DNA of 55,858 nt, taken from positions 1 to 55,858 of the IMG/VR virus record IMGVR_UViG_3300019766_000001. One strand, given 5' to 3'. Position 1 is the first letter of the stretch, and each line of letters opens with the position of its first letter. Positions 28,463 to 38,649 of the stretch are shown here, one piece after another. A program made the position numbers and the translations under genes. This DNA comes from a virus. Lineage: Duplodnaviria; Caudoviricetes. The notes under the pieces were generated by a model. The model was given only the letters and a program-made list of their open reading frames with translations. It was not told where the DNA came from and searched no databases.

Positions 28463-28549
28463 TAGCGAACACAAAGACCCGGCACTGTCCGGGTTTTTTT
28501 ACACCTGCTATATGCTACAATATCCGAAAGTCTAATTGACGGATATAAA

Positions 28550-29938
28550 ATGCCAGTCAACGCAGAACACCCGCAATATACAGAGAAGAAAGACGAATGG
28601 CAGCGCAACAATGATTGTGATGCTGGAGATATTGCGATCAAGAAAGGCAAGGATAAGTATTTGCCCATGCCGGAGAAGGATAACGAAGAGCGATACAAAG
28701 ACTTTCTAACGTCTGCGCTGTTCACTAACTACACTGGAACCAAGCGTCGTGATTTAGTTGGCAAGGTATTCAGGAGGCCTCCTGTTGTAACGCTTCCTCC
28801 TGAGCTTGAGTACATCAAACAGAAAGCCGATAACGGTAATGTGACCCTTGAAACAATGGGTCAAAGAGCTGTTGGCAACGTCTGGCTTAATGGTCGTTAT
28901 GCTTTGGTTGCAACATTCCCTGATATTGAAATGCCTTTAAATGAGGACGGGAACCCTGTTGCATTAACCGCCGAACAGTCAGAGGGTCTTCAGGCTTATA
29001 TCGCAACATATCCAGCCTTATCGGTTAGAAATTGGCGTGATGTTAATGGCCAATTGACCATGGTTGTCCTGCATGAAATTGACTACGACATGACGGACGA
29101 GTTCACGCGAACAGCTATAAATATGTTTCGTGTTTATAGGCTGGTCGAGTCTGACGGGCGCAAGAGAGTAACGTTCCAAGTTTACCGAGAAACAACCGCT
29201 TTAGGCGATCCTAAAGAGATAATCTTTAACGGCGTTCCCGCTGAAGAAATCCCGGTTGTTCTTGTCGGATCTGAAGATAACAACCCTGATTGCGACTTTG
29301 CCCCAGCATCTGATATCTGCGCTAATAATATTGCTGACTATCAAATGTTTGCCATTTGCGCTGAAAACGGATTTGTTGGAGGTCAGGGTACTATGCATAT
29401 AGATTCCGGGCTGACTAATGCAGCTGATTTTTCAGCTGCAAACCCTATGATCAAAGTCGGTAATCGCAATGCAATTATTACCCAGGGCGGCAATGCAGAA
29501 ATATTCACCCAGAAAGAGAACACTATCGCTAGAGCTCTGACGCAGGATATTAAAAACACCCTGTATGATCTAGGTGTTAATTCAGGCGGCGCTCAGAAAG
29601 GCACAGAGACAGCAGAAGCAGCAATAATCAGGGCTGCTTCCGATGCTGCTGTCATGAACGTGATTGCTCAGAATGTTTCCGATGGTTTTACGCAGGTCTT
29701 GAAGTGGTGCGCCATGTTTATGGGTGGCGATCCTGATAAAGTTGAATTTGAGCTGAACAGAAACTTTTTCCCTGTTCGGCTAGACCCTCAGTTATTGCAG
29801 CAGCTTTCTTCTTTGGCTGCTCTTGGGGATATCCCTCGTCAGGTTATTTACAATTATCTTCGAGAGTCTTCTGATCTATTAAATGGGATCGATGATGAAA
29901 CTCTTGGCGTTATGATTGAGCATCAGCCGCCTATTTAG
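28550..29938 (+). CDS. Portal protein (DUF4055-type)
   Basis: 462 aa; KYLP..ERY...A.F.NYT..LVG.VFR, ETAEAA, EFELNRNF; directly upstream of scaffold and capsid genes. Confidence 0.88.
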   Translation: MPVNAEHPQYTEKKDEWQRNNDCDAGDIAIKKGKDKYLPMPEKDNEERYKDFLTSALFTNYTGTKRRDLVGKVFRRPPVVTLPPELEYIKQKADNGNVTLETMGQRAVGNVWLNGRYALVATFPDIEMPLNEDGNPVALTAEQSEGLQAYIATYPALSVRNWRDVNGQLTMVVLHEIDYDMTDEFTRTAINMFRVYRLVESDGRKRVTFQVYRETTALGDPKEIIFNGVPAEEIPVVLVGSEDNNPDCDFAPASDICANNIADYQMFAICAENGFVGGQGTMHIDSGLTNAADFSAANPMIKVGNRNAIITQGGNAEIFTQKENTIARALTQDIKNTLYDLGVNSGGAQKGTETAEAAIIRAASDAAVMNVIAQNVSDGFTQVLKWCAMFMGGDPDKVEFELNRNFFPVRLDPQLLQQLSSLAALGDIPRQVIYNYLRESSDLLNGIDDETLGVMIEHQPPI

Positions 29939-30009
29939 TAAATAATTATTTACAGTGCTATACTTTCAATAACCGAGCCAGAGGCTCAAACATCTAACAC
30001 CAGGGGTGA

Positions 30010-30687
30010 ATGATGAGCGGTACAGATACAGATAACACCGAACAGCAGACGGCTAATACCGATACAGGCCAACAGCAAACCGAGCAGCCGAAAGAGCAGA
30101 AAACTTACACTGAAGATGAAGTCCAAGCGATGATCTCCGGTTTAAAGTCGAAAAACGATGAGCTGAAAGGTGAGAAGGTCAAAGTTTCCGAACGGTTAAC
30201 GGCGCTTGAGCAGCAGAAGAGAGATCAAGAAAAAAGCGATCTTGAAAGCAATCAGCAATTTCAGTCGCTTTATGAGCTGGAGCAAGCCAATACCAAAGAA
30301 GCATTGAAAAAAGCTGCCGATGCAAACGAAAGAGTAGCCGCCCTTGAAAGAGAGCGTGAAGAAGGAAAGGTTAAGTCTGCTGCAAGTGCTATCGGCTCAA
30401 AGCTGGCAAAGACAGATCCAGGTAGGGCAGAGATCCTTGCAGAAAAGGCTGAGAAATTCGCAAAACACACCGAAGATGGAATTAAGTACGAAATCGGCGG
30501 CGTAGAAGTTACAGAAGAAAAAGTATCTGAGCACTTGAAAGCAAAATATCCATTTTTGATTGACGGCTTAGGTTCTAACGGCGGCGGGGCTGCTGGTAAT
30601 CGTGGCGGTGGTGCTGCTGCGACACAAAAAGGCGCTGATGCAAAAGCAAACGGCGACCTAACAGGCTTTATTAAGGCTCAATTTTAG
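30010..30687 (+). CDS. Capsid scaffolding protein
   Basis: Acidic N-terminus, GLKSKNDELKGEK coiled coil, GGGAAG C-terminal motif; upstream of MCP. Confidence 0.85.
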   Translation: MMSGTDTDNTEQQTANTDTGQQQTEQPKEQKTYTEDEVQAMISGLKSKNDELKGEKVKVSERLTALEQQKRDQEKSDLESNQQFQSLYELEQANTKEALKKAADANERVAALEREREEGKVKSAASAIGSKLAKTDPGRAEILAEKAEKFAKHTEDGIKYEIGGVEVTEEKVSEHLKAKYPFLIDGLGSNGGGAAGNRGGGAAATQKGADAKANGDLTGFIKAQF

Positions 30688-30703
30688 TTAACGAGGAAGC
30701 CCC

Positions 30704-31873
30704 ATGGCTAACGAACAAACAAGCGGTATTTTGGCCGCAGCACTAAACGATGAAGTTGTTAACGCAGCGTTTGATATAGCCCGGTCAAACCGTACCGGCA
30801 TTTTAAGTGTTATTGGTGGCTTTGGTGCTGCTAGATCGCCTTTTGATGGCTATAAGATGAGCTGGCTTGATTTCCAGATCGATGCAACCAGCTCTGATCT
30901 TGACGGCGCAAAACTGGCTGCAGATGTCACGCTTACGGTTGATGATGGTGCCAAGTTCCGTCCCGGCATGATTATCGGTGCCGCTGGTTCTGATGAGGTA
31001 ATTCTTGTTACTGCCGTGACCGGCAATGACTTGACGGTCGTTCGCGGGTTTGGTGGTACTACAGCTGCAGATATCGCTGATAACGTTACGCTGACCATTG
31101 ACTCTACGTCGCGCGAAGAGAACTCTACAGCAGAGAATGACGGTATTTTCCAACCTGATAAGGTCGAAAATTACTTTCAGACCATGGATACCGCCGTTGA
31201 ATTCTCCCGCCGTGCATTAGCAACGGCGCAATTTGGCGCAACAAATGATCTTGCATTCCAGATTTCAGAGCGTATTCGGCAGCTGACAATCCAGATGGAT
31301 CGGGCGCTGGTTCGCGGTCGTCGTGCCACTGCAACTATTGGCGGCAAAGAACATACTTATACTGGTGGTATGCGATTCTTTACCGATCAACCTGGTGCTA
31401 TCACTGTTGATAACGCTGCCGCTGCTCTAACACTGGATCAAATTAACACACTGAACGCTCAGATTGTGGCTACTGGTGGCATGGCTGACACTGTTGCTGT
31501 TGGTATTGGCCAGGCTCGTAAGCTGAACGCCTTGGTATCTGCTAACTACAGCTCCCAGCGCCTAGGTGAGTGGCAGGCCGATGAGGGTTCTGTTCTGCAG
31601 CTGCCAACCGACTTGCCTTTGGTGGGTAATGTTAACCGCATTGTAGTTGATACTAACCTGTCAGATGATGAGTTGATGATCTTTGATTCAGGCTCTATTA
31701 ACATTATCCCTATGGGTGCTGGCAACGGTGAAAACGGCGGAAACTGGCGTACACTGGATTCAACCCAAAAAGGTCAGGATGGCGAAAGCGTCCGTATTGT
31801 TGGCGATTTCGCTATGGAGATTCGCCAGAGCAAAAACAATATGGCTCGTCTTTATAACATTGCACCGGCATAA
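30704..31873 (+). CDS. Major capsid protein (SU10/DUF5309-like, with inserted beta domain)
   Basis: 389 aa; NYFQ..TAVEFS, DRALVRG, TGG; position after scaffold. Confidence 0.88.
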   Translation: MANEQTSGILAAALNDEVVNAAFDIARSNRTGILSVIGGFGAARSPFDGYKMSWLDFQIDATSSDLDGAKLAADVTLTVDDGAKFRPGMIIGAAGSDEVILVTAVTGNDLTVVRGFGGTTAADIADNVTLTIDSTSREENSTAENDGIFQPDKVENYFQTMDTAVEFSRRALATAQFGATNDLAFQISERIRQLTIQMDRALVRGRRATATIGGKEHTYTGGMRFFTDQPGAITVDNAAAALTLDQINTLNAQIVATGGMADTVAVGIGQARKLNALVSANYSSQRLGEWQADEGSVLQLPTDLPLVGNVNRIVVDTNLSDDELMIFDSGSINIIPMGAGNGENGGNWRTLDSTQKGQDGESVRIVGDFAMEIRQSKNNMARLYNIAPA

Positions 31874-31884
31874 GGGGTTGAGCT

Positions 31885-32052
31885 ATGAGGTTTACATCGG
31901 TCAAGCCAGACAAGATGGTGATGTTTGGCGGCAAGGTTATTAAGTTCCGCCAGGGCAGCTACGACACAGAGGACAAGGCAGAAATTGAGCTGCTAAAAAA
32001 AGTCTCTGGGGTTGAAGCTGAAAAGAAAACCCGCCCGGCATCTGCTGAGTAA
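31885..32052 (+). CDS. Small head-associated protein (55 aa; not in ORF track)
   Basis: TAAGGGGT RBS; MRFTSVKP...IKFRQGSYDTEDKAEIELL; followed by terminator 32058-32078. Confidence 0.75.
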   Translation: MRFTSVKPDKMVMFGGKVIKFRQGSYDTEDKAEIELLKKVSGVEAEKKTRPASAE

Positions 32053-32087
32053 ATGGAAGGCCCCTTCGGGGGCTTTTTGGTGTTTAT

Positions 32088-33326
32088 ATGGCTGAAGATT
32101 ATCAAAATTCCTGGTTTAACTCTGGGCTTGTAGACCCTATCACCGGGGCATTAAGGACGGTCAATTCTGGCACGTCGTCAACATCTGCGGCGGTTGAAGG
32201 TATTGACCCAGGAGGTAGGGCGCGCGTATCTCAGCTGACAACCTTGTTTGATGGAAAGACGCTTGACGTTGATGATGATCGTATCTGGGAGAATGTGGGC
32301 ACCGGAACCGCCGTATTCTCTACTAATCAAACCGCCCTGTCAGTAGCTATTGGGGAATACCTTGTACGCAGGGGGCGTTATAAGTGCCCTTACGCATCAG
32401 GCAAGCCGACTATTGTTGAATTTACCGCTGACAATATTGATGCTGATCCGGGCTTTTTAAATATGGTCGGGTATTTTTCTTCCGTCAATGTTGCGCCTTA
32501 CGATTCTAATTATGATGGCTTCTGGCTGGAGAATAATGGCGGTCAAATAGCTATCAAGGCATTCAGAAGCGGCACTCCGACGATGTCGATTAATTTTGAA
32601 GACTGGACTAATTACGGTCTGCTTCAAGATTACAATTGGTCTAACTTCACGGTTGGTTTTTTCGACTTCCTTTGGCTTGGCGGTACAGGCCTTAGACTTT
32701 TCATTAAGACGGATATGGGATTTATTCTTGCTCATGAGGAGCCGTGGGCCGGTAATGCGCAAGGTACTTTTATTGACTCTCCGTGTCACTCGGTACGCTA
32801 CGAGATAAGAAGCACGACAGGTACTGGTCAGATGAATGCAATTTGCTCTCAGGTGGCCACAGAGGGTGCAATAGAGCAGATAGGCAAGTCTTTCACTCTA
32901 CCGATAACTGATGCAGTGACAACAAACTCTGTCGGTACTATTTACGCCTTGAAAGGTATGAAAATTAGATCTGGCCGGGAAAATATCCCGATCAAAATTT
33001 CAAGCGCTTCGATTGTGAATACAACAGGCAATGATTTTGGGATCGTAATGGTTTACCGGAACCCCGTCTTGTCATCTGCCCTTAGCTATTCAGATTCTGG
33101 TAATGTTCAAGCCGGGGTTGGCGATGGTACGCAACTTGTCACTTCTGGCGATCCTATTGCTGCTGCACCTGCCGCTGAAACAGGTATTGCCACTGATCTT
33201 GAGAACAACTTCCTTTCGTTTATCGGTGCTGACATTGACGGCAATTCAGATGAGTATGTTTTAGCTTATATGCCTACATCGTCAAACCAGAGTGTCAGGG
33301 CTATATTCTCTGGCAAGGAGTTCTAA
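32088..33326 (+). CDS. Putative virion accessory/decoration protein (beta-rich)
   Basis: 412 aa; shares N-terminal MAEDYQNSWFNS with the next gene. Confidence 0.7.
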   Translation: MAEDYQNSWFNSGLVDPITGALRTVNSGTSSTSAAVEGIDPGGRARVSQLTTLFDGKTLDVDDDRIWENVGTGTAVFSTNQTALSVAIGEYLVRRGRYKCPYASGKPTIVEFTADNIDADPGFLNMVGYFSSVNVAPYDSNYDGFWLENNGGQIAIKAFRSGTPTMSINFEDWTNYGLLQDYNWSNFTVGFFDFLWLGGTGLRLFIKTDMGFILAHEEPWAGNAQGTFIDSPCHSVRYEIRSTTGTGQMNAICSQVATEGAIEQIGKSFTLPITDAVTTNSVGTIYALKGMKIRSGRENIPIKISSASIVNTTGNDFGIVMVYRNPVLSSALSYSDSGNVQAGVGDGTQLVTSGDPIAAAPAAETGIATDLENNFLSFIGADIDGNSDEYVLAYMPTSSNQSVRAIFSGKEF

Positions 33327-33328
33327 AT

Positions 33329-33901
33329 ATGGCAGAGGACTACCAGAATAGCTGGTTTAATAGCCAGCTAGCCACAGGTGCGGAGGGAGACCGCAGGCTA
33401 AAGACCTATTGTGCATCTTTGTCAGAAAAGGCTAACCGTGACGGCACCTTTCGCAGGGGTTATGATCGGGTAAATATTTCGGCTGGCGGGAAGGCTTACT
33501 GGGCTATCTCAATTCCTTCTGATCCGACTATTTCAGCATTACTTAGCCGCACTTTATCTAGCTTTGATATTGGAGGTATTGAATACCGGGTTTACGGTGG
33601 CGTGACAGATATCAATTCGACCGGGGGCCCTGTTTATATTTCAGGCAATGCACTGGTTGGATGGGATCGAATTTCACTGCCTTCAGATCTTGTTGCCAAT
33701 GGCGTAGAGCTTGATTATACCGAGATACCAACATCTGGTAGTGGTGCATCAGCTCCAGGCGGCCTTCTTGGCGGCGAGGATTTGCGTATTCAGCCGGTTG
33801 ATACCGTGTTTGTGCTTGAAGCGTTCAACCGTTCAAATCAGGCGACAGACTTTCTTGTCTATCTAACTTGGATTGAAACGCTGAGCCTTGAATCTATTTA
33901 G
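33329..33901 (+). CDS. Putative virion accessory protein
   Basis: 190 aa; N-terminal MAEDYQNSWFNS. Confidence 0.7.
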   Translation: MAEDYQNSWFNSQLATGAEGDRRLKTYCASLSEKANRDGTFRRGYDRVNISAGGKAYWAISIPSDPTISALLSRTLSSFDIGGIEYRVYGGVTDINSTGGPVYISGNALVGWDRISLPSDLVANGVELDYTEIPTSGSGASAPGGLLGGEDLRIQPVDTVFVLEAFNRSNQATDFLVYLTWIETLSLESI

Positions 33902-33910
33902 CGTTATAGA

Positions 33911-33935
33911 AAAAGCCCCTTAACGGGGCTTCTTT
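33911..33935. terminator. Bidirectional terminator between convergent genes
   Basis: AAAAGCCCC-TTAAC-GGGGCTTCTTTT. Confidence 0.8.
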
Positions 33936-35176
33936 TAATCCTCTGGCGCACCGGGCGACAGCATGTAGTGGGTTACTGTTACGCCAGACACTTTATATTT
34001 GTGGCCATGGCAATTGTAGAACTCACCATTTTTAAACGTCATATTTAAAGCTCTGCGACCTGTATTAATCCAAACATCATAAACTCTACCCTCTTCTGGA
34101 TCTTCCCAGAGTAAGTTTTTCCATCCGCTCATGATTCACCCCTTGCTTTGGCCAGCGCCTCTTGAATAGAATCTAGATCAAAAGTCAAATCCATCCCGGA
34201 TTCGACAATTAGGTCTGCCACTTCCTTTAGTGCTGCATACATCTCAGGAGCAGCGGCAATCAGGCTGGCGTTTGCCTCTTGCTGCTCTTCTTGCACACCA
34301 CCAATTGATTCAACTACCAGTGCCGCTACATTACCATATTCGTCTGAAACTCCAACGAATCCAGACATGCTTGAGTTTGCATCTTCAGCATGCCAGCCGT
34401 CACAATCAATATAACGGCCATTTTGTTTTGTCACCCACGGCCCCGGTGTAAATTTAGTCTCGCTCATCTCCTGCCTCCTTTTCACTGTACTCTGCCATAA
34501 GATCACAAGATCCATTCGCGTTTATCAACTGCATTTTGTTTAAAAATGAAACATGATACTGTTCGGCTACGTTATATCGGCCACCGGGATCTGATTTAAT
34601 GCTGAACTTCACGCTTCCCGGCTTAATTTCCAGCCAATCTATTTCTTTTGCATCGATAAACATTCCGTCTTGATATTTAACTAAATACATAAATCACCCT
34701 TAATTTTATCTTCTTGCTCGTTAATTATTTATATCCATGCCGCCATGTAAAAGCTAGCTCGGATCATTTGCCTTAATAAAGAATCGATATAGATCACTGG
34801 CCACCCCTTTAAAAGCCTAGCCATTATCACCCTTTAGACATTCGCTAGACATTCGACTTTGGTTTATTGCTAAGAATCGCCATCTAGCATCTGATGCAAA
34901 GCCTCAAGCGCCTCACTGGCAACAGAGCCATCCTCTACGCAGACGGCGCCATCTTCTGTCCAGCCTTTTTTATGAACCTGGTATGCTGGATTTTTTTCTG
35001 TAAATCTTTCAGCGTTACAGTCATTGCTAAATAATTGCTCATGCTCTTGTTCTGCGTAAAATTCGAGTGCTTTTACAGTTAAAGCAATTGCATCGGAATT
35101 ATTTGAATTACTCATGTTTACTCCCCTATCCTCGGAACCCTAACCGCTTCCGCATAAACGCTAACCTGCTCTTTGG

Positions 35177-35878
35177 CTAGCCGTCATAGCACCCGCAAAT
35201 TATATCCGTTTCCAAATACATATCTGGGAACATGTCATCTGTAGCTATAAGTGAAGACCATGCATAAGTCCGTCCAAGCCCCTTGTTAACTGTTAAGTCT
35301 GCGTTTTTCTCCATTGCTATTGCACGATCCATTAAATCTGGGTGCTGTACTGAAAGGGCTCTAATCTCATGCGCCTTCATTGCCGGGCAGAAAAAACAGC
35401 TGCTCTTTCCTGGCAGCGGCAAACCTTCAGCCCTTATTGCTTCTATGCACTTTTTTCGCCCCCACCCCCAGTCATAAAGCGGGAACTCCGTTTTGCTGTC
35501 GTCTTTGACTCGATGGCTTTCATCTGCATCTATACCGACAAAAAACACATCAACCTTAATACCTTGCTGCTTTAACCATCTTTTTTGCGGTCTGATTTTG
35601 AAGTGTTCGCTGCAACTTTTAAACCCGTAAGCAAGCCCAGGCAGTGCGTTTCTGTTCAGGCAATCTTGCTCTAAAGTCTGCTTTTCTGAGCAAATTGATA
35701 TTTCGGGAAACCCGTTATCCTTGCACCATTTCTGCATAATTTCTAAATGCGCGTAGGTTTCCGGCTTTTCCCCGCCGGTATCAGCAAATAAAATAACATC
35801 AGGCTTAATTCCTTTTTGCTTAAACCCTACCAGCATTGCAACACTGTTTGTGCCTGCTCCGTAGCTTAATACATTCAT
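35177..35878 (-). CDS. PAPS-reductase / PP-loop family protein
   Basis: LSYGAGTNS PP-loop, FADTGGE.PETY, FPLYDWGW, KSSCFFCP. Confidence 0.85.
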   Translation of the reverse strand: MNVLSYGAGTNSVAMLVGFKQKGIKPDVILFADTGGEKPETYAHLEIMQKWCKDNGFPEISICSEKQTLEQDCLNRNALPGLAYGFKSCSEHFKIRPQKRWLKQQGIKVDVFFVGIDADESHRVKDDSKTEFPLYDWGWGRKKCIEAIRAEGLPLPGKSSCFFCPAMKAHEIRALSVQHPDLMDRAIAMEKNADLTVNKGLGRTYAWSSLIATDDMFPDMYLETDIICGCYDG

Positions 35879-36851
35879 ATTCCTACCCCTTGGGTTCTTG
35901 GTGCTTTTTAATTTCGCTGTAAAGATCCCGGCTTATCTCCTGCCAATCCATTTCGCCGCAATAACTAATAGACCAGAAATACCGACCTTTTTGCTCTGCT
36001 ATATACAGAAACCCTTCATTATTCCCTGGAAGGCTTGATATAAGAGTTATATCTTCGTTTTCAGGATCTATCACGTCTTGGGCGCCAAAATATTCTATTC
36101 GCTGCTCGTCACTCATTGCTATATTCACTCTGTTGTTATCATCGGAATAATTGTTGGTCGCAAGCCCGGCGCGTGCCGGGTTGCGGGGTTTAGTCGCTTT
36201 GATTGGATTCAATCCAGAAATCATCAGGATCATGCTTGCAGTTATTGATATCTATTAGCTCAATTACCTCGCTAAAGTGACAGCGATCAATTTTTCCGCA
36301 AACATCTAGCCTCATTAAACCGGTTTTAACACACAGCGATTCAATCCATAGCTCACTTCCGCCGCACATCTTTGCGGTCACAGGGCCTGGAAGTGCGTTA
36401 AACTTTGCGATATCTAAAATATCACCCTCTTGAACCTCGTTAACATCATTGGCTGAGCGCGCTCTTTCTTCCGGTGTTGTAATAACCATTCTATCCTTCC
36501 CCTATCATTGGAATTCGTACCGCATCTGCATACTGATTTGCCTTAAGCCTTGCTACTTGTGAACCGGTTTAAATAACTCGTCAATGTTAAGGTGCTTGAT
36601 ATTCCGCCCCTTCATTGCTTTGGCCATAGATCGAAGGTAAAGGCCCATTCTGTCGATAGCTTCCTCTGGCGTTTCCTGTGCCGGCATATCGCAAAACATC
36701 ATTTCAGCCGTCCATCCATTCCCGTATTTATTCTCAAGGGTTACGTCTGTTTCAAATCCAGTAGAGCCTCTGGTGTCAAGATTTACATGGAAATTGATTC
36801 TAGCCACATCTGCCTGAATTAACTTTGCCTTTATTGTCGTCATGCCGCACC

Positions 36852-37490
36852 TCACAGTTTGCTAATGATTTCTTTCAGATGGTCGTAGTTACGGATAAGG
36901 CTAAGGCGCAGCATCTCGCATAATTTGTGCTCCCAGTCATAGCGCATATGCGTTTGATCAACCGAGGCAAAATCCCAGTCGCCCGCTTTTGAGTCATGGC
37001 TAATAATACGGCCGCGCAACTGTTTGGCGGTCTGGATAAATACGCCCTTGTTATCTTTGCCGTCACGGCCGGGAAGATACTGGTCGATAGCTGCATTAAG
37101 CTTCATAAACTCAGTACCGCCCCGCTCACGGAATTCTAATAGCTTACCCTCTACAAATACCCGGTGTACGTGGGCATGAAATCGTGGGCTGATAGATTCG
37201 GCCGCAAGCATGGCAATGCTTATATGGGCGTAAGTTCTTGTCTTGGCCCCTTTGCCCTCTTTCTTGATAAAGTCTTCTTTCGGGATGTTCCACTCTTCTG
37301 CAGCGGCTTCCTTATATTCAATTAAAGACTTTGAGCCAAGAAACGAGCTCATCTGTAGCGCGGGCTTGCTGTTTGATAGCCGGTAAGCGTTGCCAGCCAT
37401 GAACAAATCATTAAGACATACCCGGCTTCCGTCGGTTTGAGCTCTGACTGTATTGCCAAAGAAATCTACCGATAAAGTATGGTTGCTCAT
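36852..37490 (-). CDS. KilA-N-like DNA-binding protein
   Basis: VCLNDLF..GN..R, GKG..TRTYAHISIAML; own promoter TTGAAA-N17-TATTAT. Confidence 0.75.
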   Translation of the reverse strand: MSNHTLSVDFFGNTVRAQTDGSRVCLNDLFMAGNAYRLSNSKPALQMSSFLGSKSLIEYKEAAAEEWNIPKEDFIKKEGKGAKTRTYAHISIAMLAAESISPRFHAHVHRVFVEGKLLEFRERGGTEFMKLNAAIDQYLPGRDGKDNKGVFIQTAKQLRGRIISHDSKAGDWDFASVDQTHMRYDWEHKLCEMLRLSLIRNYDHLKEIISKL

Positions 37491-37671
37491 ATAAAAACAA
37501 TCTCCTTCGTGTGAAATCTTATAATAACCGCTCCATTATATTATTTCAAGTAAGCTTTGATGTAATTTCACGTATACGAAGGTCTAATAAGATATGGTAG
37601 AATAGACAGGAAAAAGAAAACCCGCATCAAAGGAGCGCCAACTCCTAGCGGGTTAAACATTAGATATGTGA

Positions 37672-38415
37672 GTGAATTATACAATGACTGTCCGCAAAAT
37701 CACAGACATCAAGTCTGCCTATTCTGTTGTGCCCAATAAAACCGCCACCGATACCAATCTGTCATGGGAAGCAAGAGGAATGCTCTTGTACCTCTATTCC
37801 AAGCCTGAAGACTGGGAGGTGTGTCTTTCCGATCTGGTTAATCAGACTGAAGGATCCCGAAAACATTCCCGCAGAGACTCTTGCAGGGCCATATTAAAGG
37901 AGCTTGAGCAGAACGGTTACATTCAGAAAACTAAGCAGGAAAGAACCAGGGGTAAGTTTACAGGTATTGATATTCAGGTCTGCATTGTACCGTTTACGGA
38001 TTTGCCGTATACGGTTGAACCGTCAACGGTGGATCCAACACAACAAAGTAAAGAAGAAACAAAGTACAGAGAGAACAAAGTAAACATTTCAGACAACGTT
38101 AACCACGTTGATGAATATTCAATCTCTGAATTATGTCCTGAATCATTTGAACATTGTCATGCAATAACATCGGCAATGGTTGAGCTGAAAGAGCAGGGTG
38201 AAAGGTTAACGGTATGCAAGCTAAGACTGGAAGAGTGGGAAACCTGCGAGAATTTAATGATTGATGTTGGTATGGATGATCACTACCAGTTTATATCGGA
38301 CTGGCTGGAGATGTACGGCAGCGGGTTTAAAAAGAAGCCATCACTGCCGAACATTGTTGTAGAAGAGGTTAACGGGGTGCCTTGGGTGCAGTTCTATGAG
38401 ATTGCTATGAATTAA
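37672..38415 (+). CDS. Second replication-initiator-like wHTH protein with internal iterons
   Basis: YSVVPN..D.NLSWEARGMLLYLYSKPEDW...LKELEQNGYI; palindromic repeats mid-gene. Confidence 0.8.
   Translation: MNYTMTVRKITDIKSAYSVVPNKTATDTNLSWEARGMLLYLYSKPEDWEVCLSDLVNQTEGSRKHSRRDSCRAILKELEQNGYIQKTKQERTRGKFTGIDIQVCIVPFTDLPYTVEPSTVDPTQQSKEETKYRENKVNISDNVNHVDEYSISELCPESFEHCHAITSAMVELKEQGERLTVCKLRLEEWETCENLMIDVGMDDHYQFISDWLEMYGSGFKKKPSLPNIVVEEVNGVPWVQFYEIAMN
37990..38082. repeat. Putative origin 2: three CCGTNNACGG palindromes (15-bp period) plus three AACAAAGTA repeats (16-bp period)
   Basis: CCGTTTACGG 37990, CCGTATACGG 38005, CCGTCAACGG 38020; AACAAAGTA at 38042, 38058 and 38074. Confidence 0.7.
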
Positions 38416-38649
38416 GGTTACCAACCTCAAGCTCACGCTCTAGCAGGCGCGCCATCTCTTTTAATTTAATGATAACTTCTTCAGGGCTGCCGTCTACCAA
38501 TTGCAGGCTTTGGTGCCTGTCGTTATCCCAGTCAATGCGGATCTCTTTTTTGTTGTCGAATTCATTTGTCCAAATTTTAGCTAATCTAGCCATGGTTAAT
38601 TACCTTTTAACTGTTAACGGGGTAGAGTTTTACCAGTGGTACGGTACGG

